From an uncultured Candidatus Saccharibacteria bacterium (GTDB lineage Bacteria; Patescibacteriota; Minisyncoccia; Phycocordibacterales; UBA9973): a DNA stretch of 64,000 bases. Shown here one piece after another: positions 16,926 through 26,780 of this stretch (positions are counted from its first letter, which is position 1; the number at the start of each line of letters is the position of its first letter). The notes under the pieces were generated by a model, which saw only the letters and a list, made by a program, of their open reading frames with translations, had not been told where the DNA came from and searched no databases. Location: contig CAZYIA010000004.1 of the NCBI GenBank assembly GCA_964646765.1, forward strand, positions 77,887-141,886, read 5' to 3'. A program made the position numbers and the translations under genes.

Positions 16926-17339
16926 TTAAGACCGAGGCGAAAGAGCGCCGCCATCGTCATCCCGCGAATTCGATGTCTTAATTATTCTCCATTTTCGGAG
17001 AAAAAGCAAGCCCGGAAACGTGTCAAGGCGCTGGTGCTTCCGGTAGAATCGCCGTGCAAGGTACACGAGCTGATACCAGCATACGGCGACAGCCAGCAGG
17101 CCCGCGCCACTTTGCCATGACACGCCGGGAAAATCCGGCAGCAGGATCGCGGCGATACCGCCTGCCGTGTAAGCCCACCCGGCCAGCATGAAAACGCCGA
17201 CACCCGCCACCAGTGCGCCCGGCAAGGCAGCCCACCACGGCATCGGGAGCCAGTACCGTATGCCAACAAAGAGCAGTACGCTGCAAAGCATGCCGAGTAC
17301 CACGGCCATCCAGCCCAGCACGTCAAACGGATGCATCAA
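16926..17339 (-). CDS. membrane protein (3-4 TM)
   Basis: Hydrophobic. Overlaps the upstream gene end. Confidence 0.5.
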   Translation of the reverse strand: MMHPFDVLGWMAVVLGMLCSVLLFVGIRYWLPMPWWAALPGALVAGVGVFMLAGWAYTAGGIAAILLPDFPGVSWQSGAGLLAVAVCWYQLVYLARRFYRKHQRLDTFPGLLFLRKWRIIKTSNSRDDDGGALSPRS

Positions 17340-17922
17340 CGCACCCCTCGGTCAGCGCTGCGAACCGTTCCAGAAACATTCGTCTCGCCCGTTCCGGCTC
17401 AACGGGAACGATTGTTTCCCTCAGCGGCTCGATCCCGTCCAGCAGCGACCACGGGACAGGATCGAAGGGCAGGAGGTCGCGGCGCTCGGTGGCGAGAAGC
17501 ACCAGGTCAGCGCGCTTGACCTCGGGCGGCAGCGGCATCGTGAGGCCGAAGCGCGCGAGGACGGCGCGCTCGACGCCTTCTTCAATCGCACGATAACCCG
17601 GCAGAATGTTCTTCAGTGGGGTCACCATGTCGCCGATGAACGCTTCGGGAGCATCGTGAAGCAGACCCGCGAGCGCCAGATGCGCGGGAAGAACGAGCGA
17701 AACCAGGACAGAGTGCTGCGCGACCGAATAGAAGCTACGCGTATGACCCGAAAAGCGGCACAGGTGCGACAACCCGTGCGCCACCTCCTCGATGCCGAAC
17801 ACGCTCTCCGACGGGTTGAGAAAGTCGAAATAATGGCCCCCTGCGGTCAGGATCGCGGGATGCACCCGTGCATCCTTCACGGCCGGATGGTGTGGGTGGT
17901 AGTCGAGAACGGCAGCATCCAT
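17323..17922 (-). CDS. HD-domain phosphohydrolase (YfbR-like 5'-nucleotidase fold)
   Basis: H...HD...D pattern: AQHSV...[23 protein letters not shown]. Confidence 0.65.
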   Translation of the reverse strand: MDAAVLDYHPHHPAVKDARVHPAILTAGGHYFDFLNPSESVFGIEEVAHGLSHLCRFSGHTRSFYSVAQHSVLVSLVLPAHLALAGLLHDAPEAFIGDMVTPLKNILPGYRAIEEGVERAVLARFGLTMPLPPEVKRADLVLLATERRDLLPFDPVPWSLLDGIEPLRETIVPVEPERARRMFLERFAALTEGCVDASV

Positions 17923-17933
17923 GTTCGTTTCCC

Positions 17934-18185
17934 CTAGATCACGCTCTTCGGCAACATCGCCACATACTGCCCTTCCAGCTCCGGTTTGTAGAATCCCTGG
18001 CCGCTGACCTCCTCGTAGAGCTGCCGCATCGTGCGAAGCGTCGATTCGAGGCGCTTCTGATGACCGTCGCCCTCGAAGCGCGGGAAGCTGTCGTAGTAAC
18101 CTGGGCAGCCCAGGCCGTGGTCATAGCGGATCGCCATGCTCATCAGGAGCCCTGGCGGCGGTTCCTTCGGCAGCTCGTTTTTCAT
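17934..18185 (-). CDS. hypothetical protein (83 aa)
   Basis: Start overlaps the stop of the upstream small ORF (ATGA). Confidence 0.5.
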   Translation of the reverse strand: MKNELPKEPPPGLLMSMAIRYDHGLGCPGYYDSFPRFEGDGHQKRLESTLRTMRQLYEEVSGQGFYKPELEGQYVAMLPKSVI

Positions 18186-18349
18186 GCCGTCCCCTTCAAT
18201 CCACCATCACGTTCTTTGAGCGAGCGGTGCAGGCACTTCTTCCCGGTGGCGAACCACTCCACCGTAAAGAGGGCACGCGCCATCTGTTCGCTCAAAGGCC
18301 AGAAGACATCAGGCACCAGCAGCATTCCGTTCTTGCAGGTCAGTTTCAT
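18182..18349 (-). CDS. small protein (~55 aa)
   Basis: ATGA overlaps on both sides. [55 protein letters not shown]. Confidence 0.4.
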   Translation of the reverse strand: MKLTCKNGMLLVPDVFWPLSEQMARALFTVEWFATGKKCLHRSLKERDGGLKGTA

Positions 18350-18867
18350 GCGCCCTCGGGGATCTTGTTCGCCAGCATCAACGCCGCCGCGTGAAGCCGA
18401 GGATCAGCCCGAGTCAGGACTTCCAGAAGCCGGCGTTTTTCATCGAGGTACGTGATTGCGAAGGCGGGATCGTGTTGAACGATGCTCCCCGTGTTGCTGA
18501 TGAGGTCCGCGCACTTGATTGTCTGGACCCATCCCGGAGCCCGCGCGAGGCGATCACGCGAAGCGGCCATGCGCTGGGCACGGTTTCCGGTTTCGAGATC
18601 GGACAGCATCGCCACGCCGTACGCGACATCGGCACCGAAACGGTTCACCAGCTCCTCGTGGCTAACGCCCTGATCCTCCATGCAGTCGTGCAGCCAGCAC
18701 GCCGACATGAACTTGTCGGGGTGGATTTCGGGGCACCTCCAGCCTACAGACATGGCGATCCCCGCCACCTCTGCCAGGTGATCGGCATACGGGTTGCCGG
18801 TGTACTTGCGCCGCTGGTCCCGATGCGCTTCTCGGGCAAACATCATGGCGTCGTATGCGAGCGTCAT
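18346..18867 (-). CDS. HD-domain protein, SpoT/Mesh1-like small alarmone hydrolase family
   Basis: AREAHRDQRRKYTGNPYADHLAEVA...WLHDCMED. G-rich RBS. Confidence 0.7.
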   Translation of the reverse strand: MTLAYDAMMFAREAHRDQRRKYTGNPYADHLAEVAGIAMSVGWRCPEIHPDKFMSACWLHDCMEDQGVSHEELVNRFGADVAYGVAMLSDLETGNRAQRMAASRDRLARAPGWVQTIKCADLISNTGSIVQHDPAFAITYLDEKRRLLEVLTRADPRLHAAALMLANKIPEGA

Positions 18868-18877
18868 CTCCCCCCCC

Positions 18878-19684
18878 TCACACAAGCGCGTAAGCGCCAA
18901 ACGGACGATCTTCAGGCGCGTCGGCAACCCGCAGGTCGACCAGGCCGATGGACCGCTTGGGAGCAGCGATCACCCCGGTTTTTGCCATCGTCTCGACCAT
19001 GGTGAGGCAGCCTTCTTTCTTCAGGCCGCACTGCCCGAATACCGCGCCCGAATCGATGGCATAGACATTTGCCAGCCGGGTCGCGCCCGTCCATTGCGGC
19101 GTGTGACCGACAAACAAGCGTCCGACACCCCCCACTCCGCTCGTGTCCTGCCTGCGAATCCGATCCCGGCCCCACAAGCAGGTGTGGATGGTTTCTGTGT
19201 CGCCCGCCTCAAGGCGAAGAAGAAACTCGCCCCATCGCATGCCGGTCGGCACGTCCGCGTGAATCAGGCCGACTGAGCCGCGTGCGGTGTCCACCTCGAT
19301 GGCAAGGGGTAGTTTGCGGATTGCGTCGAGGATCTCCATGCGGCGATTCTCCGGCACGTCCAGCCACCACTCCAAGCCGTTATAGCGGCTGGCCACATCC
19401 AGGACTGCTGGATCGGGCACGCCGGCGCTGTAGAGTTCAAGCAGCATGTCCTCGTGATTCCCGCGCACCGCATGCACAAACGACTGGGCAAGAAATGCCG
19501 CGCAGCGATGCGAGCCTGGACCGCGGTCGATGAGGTCGCCGACACTGAAGAGGCGGTCGATCTGCGGGTCGAACCCGGCCTCTTTCATCGCGTCGAGCAC
19601 CAGGTCGAACGCGCCGTGGATGTCGCCGACGACGAAATCGCGACCCACGGTGTTCCGGGAGAATCGCTGGACCGTTTGCATCAT
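18878..19684 (-). CDS. Ser/Thr-phosphatase-fold metallophosphoesterase (PPP / ApaH-like)
   Basis: Motifs GDIHG, GDLIDRG, GNHE. AGGAAGG RBS. Start overlaps the ThiF gene stop. Confidence 0.85.
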   Translation of the reverse strand: MMQTVQRFSRNTVGRDFVVGDIHGAFDLVLDAMKEAGFDPQIDRLFSVGDLIDRGPGSHRCAAFLAQSFVHAVRGNHEDMLLELYSAGVPDPAVLDVASRYNGLEWWLDVPENRRMEILDAIRKLPLAIEVDTARGSVGLIHADVPTGMRWGEFLLRLEAGDTETIHTCLWGRDRIRRQDTSGVGGVGRLFVGHTPQWTGATRLANVYAIDSGAVFGQCGLKKEGCLTMVETMAKTGVIAAPKRSIGLVDLRVADAPEDRPFGAYALV

Positions 19685-20484
19685 GCCACCTTCCTTTGCG
19701 GACGCGCCTGTTTCACGGGTATCTGGTAGCCGAACCGCGCCCAGGCCTCCGGATCCACCGGCAATGGCGTCGCACGCCCCGTCGCGAGGTTGACGAAGAT
19801 GCCGTGGTGGTCGATTTTGCCGTGACGGAACAGCCTCCAGAGGAGATTCAGCCCCCAATCCGACACAGCCCTGTTGATAAAAAGATCCTGGCGCCCCAGA
19901 GCCTCTACCATTGAGCAGCTCGGCGTGTTGTCCTCCGGGATCGTGGGATCGAGGATGTCGGGGAACAGGTCGACAACAGTGGGCAGGCGGTCCGGACTGT
20001 CTTCCGGTCGCGTCCAGGTAGGCAAGGTTTGTCCAAGAATCGCCTGTCCCGAAGTTTCCTGGTTGCCAAGGTCGAGCCATAGCGCGTCGCAACTTTGCAG
20101 CGCCGCATGGATGTCGCGTCGTGCGGCCCGGTTGTCCACCGCCCCGATGACGAGGTCGGCGGAAACCCGCGTGTCTGCCGACAGGCGCTTGAACTCGGCA
20201 GTCCAGTCCAGCCCGTATGCCACGTTGATCCGATGCGTCAGCACGATAGCCTTGCTCGACCCCACGTCGGCCGGGTAGAAGGCCTGCCTTCCGACGTTCG
20301 AGTCGGACACAAGGTCGAAATCCATGGTGGTGACATCGAGGCCGCCTGGATGCCCCAACGCACGCATGGCGCGGTCGAGTTCGGCAAGCCCCGTCAGCAT
20401 CCGGGAACCGTTGCCACCGGCCCCGACCAACAGCACCTTTACGCTGCGTGAAAGCAGGTGACGCGGAATCGCAAATTCAGTCAT
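19681..20484 (-). CDS. PRTRC system protein B, ThiF/MoeB E1-like
   Basis: VLLVGAGGNGS Rossmann motif. GGAGGAGG RBS. ATGA coupling with the JAB gene. Confidence 0.85.
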   Translation of the reverse strand: MTEFAIPRHLLSRSVKVLLVGAGGNGSRMLTGLAELDRAMRALGHPGGLDVTTMDFDLVSDSNVGRQAFYPADVGSSKAIVLTHRINVAYGLDWTAEFKRLSADTRVSADLVIGAVDNRAARRDIHAALQSCDALWLDLGNQETSGQAILGQTLPTWTRPEDSPDRLPTVVDLFPDILDPTIPEDNTPSCSMVEALGRQDLFINRAVSDWGLNLLWRLFRHGKIDHHGIFVNLATGRATPLPVDPEAWARFGYQIPVKQARPQRKVA

Positions 20485-21113
20485 GCCTCCTCCATCAAGC
20501 CGCCGAGATCGACCGGCAGGTAGATGCCGAGTGCACACAATCGCGTCGCCAGTGCGGGGTTCTCGCCTTGCTCGTCGATCTTGCCCACGACAAGTGCGAT
20601 CTTCACCTCGCCACGATCATCCTGGTCATCCGTGCCGGAGAAGCCCGCCGCGTGCTGGCCATGCGAATGCATGTCCACCACCAGATGCTCCTGTTCGCCC
20701 AGACGCGGACGTTCGTAGTTGATATGGCTGCCGGAGGCGCTGATCTCGACGAAGCGCTCGTACCGCCAGGCATTCGTCGCCGCATTCCAGATGATGCCGC
20801 CGGCGATCTCCGTGTGGGGTGTTGCTGCCGCGTCGCGCAAGAAGTCGATCAGCGGCTGCCATTTGATCTTGCCGCAGCCGAGTTCGACGTGATGCCCGAG
20901 CTTGCCGTAGGGCATTGCCACACGGTCCTGTGTGGCCAGCGGAACCCGGACATACAGCCAGGGCCGATGGATCTCGATCCAGAGGCCGTCCTCGGCGGCG
21001 AGGAAGCGATGCCCCGGCGTGGTCAGCGGGACGAACGCCTCGTGGCGCGGCACCATGACGGTCGGCGTCACCGTTTGCAGCGTACGGTCGATCGGATTCA
21101 AGCTGCCGTCCAT
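20481..21113 (-). CDS. PRTRC system protein A, JAB/MPN metalloprotease
   Basis: JAMM motif HLVVDMHSHGQHAAGFSGTDDQDD. Confidence 0.8.
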   Translation of the reverse strand: MDGSLNPIDRTLQTVTPTVMVPRHEAFVPLTTPGHRFLAAEDGLWIEIHRPWLYVRVPLATQDRVAMPYGKLGHHVELGCGKIKWQPLIDFLRDAAATPHTEIAGGIIWNAATNAWRYERFVEISASGSHINYERPRLGEQEHLVVDMHSHGQHAAGFSGTDDQDDRGEVKIALVVGKIDEQGENPALATRLCALGIYLPVDLGGLMEEA

Positions 21114-21114
21114 T

Positions 21115-21858
21115 TCAGCCCCTCCCCTGCTTCTTGAGAGCGAGCACCAGATCGCCCAGGGTGAGATCGGCGGGCGCAAGATGCTTCGTTGGAAAGGTCT
21201 TGAACTTGCCGTCCGCGATCTCCTTCCACAGCCCGCCGACGCCTTTCCGGTGCCGCGTAAGCCGTTTGCCATGGTCGTTCGGATGGGTGAAGGCCGAGTC
21301 GAAGAACAGCGATTCCCATTGCGGGATCGCCTGCAGGCCCGTGCGATCCGGCCGCTGCGCGCTCCCCTGACATAGACGACAGTCCGACCAGGTGTTGTAG
21401 AACGGCGCCATCGAAAGCGGGGTGCCGGGTTCCGGGCGCTCCGATTTGGTGAGCGCGAACACGTAGAGATCGCCCCCCTTCACGGCGAACACCAGTGCCG
21501 GCAGGTGTGTGCTGATTGCCCGCTTGCCGATGGGGTCCGCCCTGTCGGTGTCGAAGAACAGGGTGCGCGCCCCCGCTTCTCGCCACCACACCATCCAGCC
21601 CGCGCCTACCGCAAGCGCATGGGAAGGAAGGTAGTCGATAGCCGAGTCGGGAACGAGTTTCTCGTTGAGCGCGATCAGGGCTTCCCGCGTCACCGGCGTA
21701 CCCGCGAGCAGAAATGGCGCACCGGCGTCGTCCGTGCCAACGCTATGGACGGTCGCAAACGGCTTGCCCATGCCGTTGGCCGGCTCGTAAACGAGCAGTC
21801 CGGTGGCAAGCCGCAGCGGGCTTTCCGTGAAACCGGAAGATACATCAATTCGATTCAT
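21115..21858 (-). CDS. PRTRC system protein (D-like)
   Basis: Position in the cassette. GAGGAGG RBS. Confidence 0.55.
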   Translation of the reverse strand: MNRIDVSSGFTESPLRLATGLLVYEPANGMGKPFATVHSVGTDDAGAPFLLAGTPVTREALIALNEKLVPDSAIDYLPSHALAVGAGWMVWWREAGARTLFFDTDRADPIGKRAISTHLPALVFAVKGGDLYVFALTKSERPEPGTPLSMAPFYNTWSDCRLCQGSAQRPDRTGLQAIPQWESLFFDSAFTHPNDHGKRLTRHRKGVGGLWKEIADGKFKTFPTKHLAPADLTLGDLVLALKKQGRG

Positions 21859-22939
21859 GTCCGACCTCCTCGCCGATCAGGCCCACGAGCGTGTCGAGCT
21901 TGTGCGCCAGGGCGAACCATTGTTTCTTGTGTGCGAGCCAACCCTTGAAACCATCGGGGCTGGCTTCGAAAATCTCGATGCCGAAGGAGTCCGAATACGC
22001 CTCGCCTCCCTGCATGACGTTCTGCTCGTAATCGTCAAGGATGCGCACCATCGGGTCATGATCCGAGGTGTCCCACCAGAGCAGCGCACCATGGCCAATG
22101 AAGTCGAGATCGTTCAGTCCTTCGTAGGCACCGAACGCCCGGAACTTCCGTCCAGCGCGTCGTAGCGCGAGGCAAGTGGCTGCGACCTGGCGGGCGCATC
22201 CGGATAAGCCCGTGTTCCGGGTGATGGCCTGTAGAGCACGCACAGACAGTGCCTTGCGGGGTATCCATGCCCACTCGGGTGCATAGTCGTCGAATTGCGA
22301 GCGCCTTACGATGTAGTCACCCGCTTCCTCCTCGCCGCCGATCTCCTCGATGACCTCCGTCTCATCGGGCTCACCGTACCAATAGAACATGGACGCAAGG
22401 TAGAAGGCGCGCGCCGGATCCATCACGTCAACCGTGCGGATCGCCGCTTCGCGGAGATCGTGAAGCGCGGTCCTGCCAAGGCCGGGACATTCGCATTCCA
22501 GCGCGTTCAGCACACGGCCAACAGTAAAGCTGCGCGAGGACGCCCCCCACGTCGTCACCGCGAGATGCGGGCGATCCGGATCCAGGCCGCGGGCTTCCAA
22601 AAGAGCGGCCCAGTCCCACGCGAAGTCCTGCTCCCCTTCGGCAAGCTGGATCGACAGAGAACAGGCGAGACGGTCGAACCGCCCGTTTCGGGTAGCCCAG
22701 TCCGACAGCGCGGCAAGGACGACGGCCTCCGCGTTGTAGGCGGACTTCCAGTGATGCGGTTTCACCAGACCCGCGTCGTCGCACCATAGCGCCAGGCTGG
22801 CCCATTCCGCCCGCTCGGGACGCAGAGAGATCCTGGTCGGCACACGGTCGAGTTTCGGCAAACCGGCATACACCGACGCGACCTGTCTGCGAGCCGGCCG
22901 CAGGGTTGCCCGTTGAGTGGTTTCGAGCCGGGCGTTCAT
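21845..22939 (-). CDS. PRTRC system protein (F-like)
   Basis: Position in the cassette. 364 aa. Confidence 0.55.
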   Translation of the reverse strand: MNARLETTQRATLRPARRQVASVYAGLPKLDRVPTRISLRPERAEWASLALWCDDAGLVKPHHWKSAYNAEAVVLAALSDWATRNGRFDRLACSLSIQLAEGEQDFAWDWAALLEARGLDPDRPHLAVTTWGASSRSFTVGRVLNALECECPGLGRTALHDLREAAIRTVDVMDPARAFYLASMFYWYGEPDETEVIEEIGGEEEAGDYIVRRSQFDDYAPEWAWIPRKALSVRALQAITRNTGLSGCARQVAATCLALRRAGRKFRAFGAYEGLNDLDFIGHGALLWWDTSDHDPMVRILDDYEQNVMQGGEAYSDSFGIEIFEASPDGFKGWLAHKKQWFALAHKLDTLVGLIGEEVGHESN

Positions 22940-23137
22940 GGCAGCAGGGGTAGCGCCGTCCAGTGCGGCACGGTCGGAGTTCCGTTTCGGTGTGCCGCAA
23001 GCACATCATGGATCAGCTTGCTGGAATCCAGGTTGGCGGCGTGATTTGTCGGGCTTGCGCCGCCCATCCGCGTCGCCGCCATGCTCTCCATCGCCGCCCG
23101 CCATTGCGCTCGGTTCAACCGCATGTATGGCGTCCGG

Positions 23138-23617
23138 TCAAGCATGGCAGCGCCCGGCTGCCGAGTTGCGGAGACTGTCCCGCGCCTCGATCAGCACCCG
23201 CATCGACATGGTGTCGCAGTCCCTCGCGTTGAGGCGAATGTCGATGGCTTCGAGTGCCTGGTCAAGCATCTTTTCGTTGGTCCGGCTCTCCGTCAGGAAG
23301 GCGCGCAGGCAGAGACCGCTCCTCTCGTTGCAGTCGGGGAGTAGGCAGCCAATGCAGATCCGCTCAGACAACTCGCTTGCCTGCCGGACACAGGCTTCGG
23401 TGGTCGAGATGGCCATCCCTTTCATCCCCGCGGCTCGCCGGAAGCTGTAGGTCATCTTGCCATCGCGCGCCTCGGGGCCTTCTACGGTGGCCGTCGCCAG
23501 TTCGGGATACGTGGCGCTGTACACGTCCCGCACCTGGTCGGGCGAGAGGTTGGGGTTGGGGTCGGGCAGCGTCACCCCTGCATAGGAAAAGCTGCGGACA
23601 AGTGCGGTCACTTTCAT
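23138..23617 (-). CDS. PRTRC system protein C (ubiquitin-like beta-grasp) continuing into a ~90-aa Cys-rich C-terminal extension
   Basis: N-terminal 70 aa MKVTALVRSFSYAGVTLPDPNPNLSPDQVRDVYSATYPELA...FRRAAGMKG is typical of PRTRC-C. The ORF continues with no stop. Confidence 0.55.
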   Translation of the reverse strand: MKVTALVRSFSYAGVTLPDPNPNLSPDQVRDVYSATYPELATATVEGPEARDGKMTYSFRRAAGMKGMAISTTEACVRQASELSERICIGCLLPDCNERSGLCLRAFLTESRTNEKMLDQALEAIDIRLNARDCDTMSMRVLIEARDSLRNSAAGRCHA

Positions 23618-23627
23618 GGCGACGGCC

Positions 23628-24068
23628 TCACTCGAACAGGTTTTCCGCCGATGCGGAGTTGGATTCGTCGGCTTCGCTGGCCGCCGTCGCTGCCGGCTCG
23701 GTGACCTTCACCGACACCGGTGTCGCAGCCGGGGTGGCGGCGGACTTGCCTGCCGCGCCCTTCACTGCTTTCGCCGCCTTGGACGTGGCGTCCTTCTTGG
23801 CCGCGTCGATCACTGCCTGGGTGTCCTTGAGGGCGTCGGCCAGCGATTTCCGGCTGACCTCGTAGCTGCCAAGGGCATCGGTGAAACCGGAGTCCAGTTC
23901 CTCCGGGGTGGCCTCGAATTGCAGTGGCTGGTGCAAGGCGGGGTTGGGGTTGTCGCCGACCGCTTTCGGCACGACGGTCACAATAAGCGTGCCCGCCTCA
24001 CGGTTGGCGCTGAAAGTCATCGCCAGGGTGGCGTCCTGCGCGATCTCGAAAATTTTCTGAAACAGCAT
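23628..24068 (-). CDS. PRTRC system protein E
   Basis: AAGGAG RBS. Ala/Lys-rich C-terminal half. Position next to the ParB-like gene. Confidence 0.6.
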   Translation of the reverse strand: MLFQKIFEIAQDATLAMTFSANREAGTLIVTVVPKAVGDNPNPALHQPLQFEATPEELDSGFTDALGSYEVSRKSLADALKDTQAVIDAAKKDATSKAAKAVKGAAGKSAATPAATPVSVKVTEPAATAASEADESNSASAENLFE

Positions 24069-24087
24069 GGGTATCTCCTTCTTGGGT

Positions 24088-25743
24088 TCAGACGCAGCAG
24101 GGTTCCTGCGTCTGTTCGCATTTCAGTTGCTTGATGGGTTTCGCCTTTTTCGCTTCGGCGTACTGCATGCACGCGGGAACCGCGCCCCGATACTCGAAGC
24201 CTTCGACTTTCAACAGGGCCGCGGCGATCTCGGCCTTCTTGCCGGTCATCGCTTTCTTGAAGCCCTCGCCGAGCGCCGCCTTGAGGCCGACTTCATTTGC
24301 CATTGCCTCGATTTCGCTCTTGGTGAGGAGATCGAGGAACGCGTCATCCATGATCCAGTGTTCGGCCAGATCGCAATCCATCGCCTGCAACAGCCGACAC
24401 ACGTCGGTTTCCGACAGGCCGTCCACGGCGGCCAGCGGGATCCGGGCGAGCATGCGGAAGATGTCCTCGTCCGAGCGGCCCTGTGTCGCGCTATACAGGT
24501 CGCCGACGGCAGCCCCCTTGATTTCGAGGTCGAGCTTGCGGCGCGCAATGTGGTGAGCATTACCGGAGAGGACAATCGCCAGCAGGGCACGACCGGCAAC
24601 CTCGACGCTCTTCCTCATTTCAGCCTGGAGCGCGCGTTTCCAGACGGAGAGCCGGTAATCCTTCAATCGCTGCGGTGCGGCAGCCTGGTTGACCTGCGCC
24701 GGCGGTTTCGCCTTTGCCTTGCCGTCCGTCTCCTTGCTGGCGGTCTGCTCGGGGGCAAGCGCTCTCACCTGCATCGACACTTTCTCGAGGTGGCAGGCGA
24801 CGTTAAAACAGAGGTCCGTCTCGATCTTGCCCTCGGAACCCGGCAATGCACTGACGGTGCAGCCGTAATCACCGCAGCCTTTGCAGGACTCGGCCTGCTC
24901 GGTACCGACGCCGACCCGGCCTTCAGCCACGACCGGGATCGTTTCGAGCACCGCGCCGGGGCGGACGAGCTCCACGCGCGGAAAGGCCTCCTGTTGCTCG
25001 ACGACGATCTCGGCCAGCCTGGTGTCGGTTTTCTTCGCATAGCAGACCGGGTTGGTGCAACTGCCCGCCGCGATGGATTGGGTGAACAGCTCCACCTGCA
25101 CGCTGGAGTTGTGCGGGCAGCCGCCACATTCGGATTTGTCGAAGATCGCGGCGCTCAGGTCATGGCTGATGGCAGCCAGTTGCTCACGCAGGGCGGCTAC
25201 CGGGATCGCCCCGGCGATCACCTTCTCCAGAACCTTGTCCTGCTTGTCCTTGGGGGCCGCGGCCAGCAATTCGGCATGCCCCAGGCTGATCTTGCGTGTA
25301 TTGAGCGCCTCGCGCACCGCCGGTGTCGCTTCCATCAACGCGAGACGACGGTGCAGCTTGGACATGGGCCAGCCGAGTTGCGCCGCGGCCTCCGCTCTGT
25401 CGCCCTTGAACTTCAGCACCAGCGCGTGGGCAGCAGCGGATTCTTCCGTGACCGCCATGTCGGCGCGAAGCGTGTTTTCCACGAGAGCCGCGATGTCGGC
25501 TTCGTCATCGGTCATTTCCCGGATGTTTGCCGGAATCGTGCCCGTCTCACCATACACGGCTTTCGCCGCGCGCCAACGGCGCTCACCCGCCACGATTTCG
25601 TACTGTTCGCCCTTTGGGCGGACCAGAATGGGCTGAAGAACGCCGCTGGCCCTGATGCTGTTTTCGAGATCCGTCATTTCTGCCGGATCGAAATACTGAC
25701 GGGGATTGCGCCCCGGAATGATGTTGTAAATGTTCAGTTCCAT
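24088..25743 (-). CDS. PRTRC-associated ParB-family protein
   Basis: ParB N-terminal motif ILVRP...GERRWRAA. Cys-rich middle. GAGGAGGG RBS. Confidence 0.85.
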   Translation of the reverse strand: MELNIYNIIPGRNPRQYFDPAEMTDLENSIRASGVLQPILVRPKGEQYEIVAGERRWRAAKAVYGETGTIPANIREMTDDEADIAALVENTLRADMAVTEESAAAHALVLKFKGDRAEAAAQLGWPMSKLHRRLALMEATPAVREALNTRKISLGHAELLAAAPKDKQDKVLEKVIAGAIPVAALREQLAAISHDLSAAIFDKSECGGCPHNSSVQVELFTQSIAAGSCTNPVCYAKKTDTRLAEIVVEQQEAFPRVELVRPGAVLETIPVVAEGRVGVGTEQAESCKGCGDYGCTVSALPGSEGKIETDLCFNVACHLEKVSMQVRALAPEQTASKETDGKAKAKPPAQVNQAAAPQRLKDYRLSVWKRALQAEMRKSVEVAGRALLAIVLSGNAHHIARRKLDLEIKGAAVGDLYSATQGRSDEDIFRMLARIPLAAVDGLSETDVCRLLQAMDCDLAEHWIMDDAFLDLLTKSEIEAMANEVGLKAALGEGFKKAMTGKKAEIAAALLKVEGFEYRGAVPACMQYAEAKKAKPIKQLKCEQTQEPCCV

Positions 25744-25898
25744 GGTCCCTCCTCTTGTACCGCGCTTACGGTGCGCGGCAAACCACACCAAGAACATTAT
25801 AACACGCCTGTTGCGCGGATATAGTGGGCGTATAGTGTTTTTATAGTGCCGCTATTGTGTTTTTAGACAGAGTCGGTATACTCATTACATGAGGCCTG

Positions 25899-26207
25899 TT
25901 GTTCAAAATGGTGAGATGCGAGCAGATGCAGTTCAGGTCGCCCTACGATATGCCGCGCGATGCGGAGCAGCATGTCCAGCGAATCTTGAATATCGCCGGC
26001 TGCCTGCTGATGGATGCGGCAGCCCTGAGCGTCATGCCTGCGTTTGCACTCGTCATGCTGACAGCCGGTATGGCGTGGGCCGGTGACCGGGCGTGGTCGA
26101 TCCAAATCGACCATCTCGCCGTGCACGCGCTGGCCGCCATATCGGTGGGCTGCATCCGCGCGTGCATGCGCTACACGACACTGGGGCAGGAAATGGAGAT
26201 TCGCTGA
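25899..26207 (+). CDS. hypothetical small membrane protein
   Basis: Coupled to the next ORF by ATGA. Weak support. Confidence 0.3.
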   Translation: MFKMVRCEQMQFRSPYDMPRDAEQHVQRILNIAGCLLMDAAALSVMPAFALVMLTAGMAWAGDRAWSIQIDHLAVHALAAISVGCIRACMRYTTLGQEMEIR

Positions 26208-26419
26208 TGATGACCGCAACTGCTGAAGCGCTGCACGCCATCGTGGCCGATGTCTATCGCCGTGCCCCCGGTACGATGCTGCGCGCCGCGTGCCCCATTT
26301 GCCATGCCAGAGGCACCGTGACGCATGCGGCCATCGAGCCCGGCGACGATATCGACGCGTGTCGATGCGAAGCGTGTGGCGCGGAGTGGCTGGACCGCCG
26401 CGTGCCCGAGGAACGATGA
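26207..26419 (+). CDS. small zinc-ribbon protein
   Basis: CPICH...CRCEAC. Confidence 0.4.
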   Translation: MMTATAEALHAIVADVYRRAPGTMLRAACPICHARGTVTHAAIEPGDDIDACRCEACGAEWLDRRVPEER

Positions 26420-26547
26420 TCTCCCTGCCCACACCCCTGACCTGGTGTGGGTTTGACCGGTGGCCCCTTGCCGGTCTTTTTTACACCCCCCTCCCGTCGT
26501 GCGAAGGGCACGACGGGTCCCCTTCTCCTTGTTTGCCCCCCTCCGAC

Positions 26548-26780
26548 CTTTGCTTCCAGCGCGCGCAGCCCGGCCGCCAGCCCGACAGGGTGGCGGGCAC
26601 CCCGGCGCAGCCGGGGCCGGGCGTCTCCGGCGGGCATGTGCCCGGAGGCCGCAGGCCGGAGCCCGGCGCCGCAGGCGCCGGGGCGAGCGGTAGGCGACCC
26701 CGAGTCCCCGAGGGGGAGGCGGCGAAGCCGCCTAGCCGTATCCCGCGAGCGGTATGCCCGTCCGGGCAGGATGGTGGCAT
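26548..26780 (+). repeat. GC-rich ~230-bp multi-hairpin repeat, copy 1 (immediately upstream of topB)
   Basis: Near-identical to 57352-57603 and to the reverse complement of 30896-31142. Internal palindromes ccggcgccgcaggcgccgg, cgggcatgtgcccg, ggcggcgaagccgcc. Confidence 0.85.
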
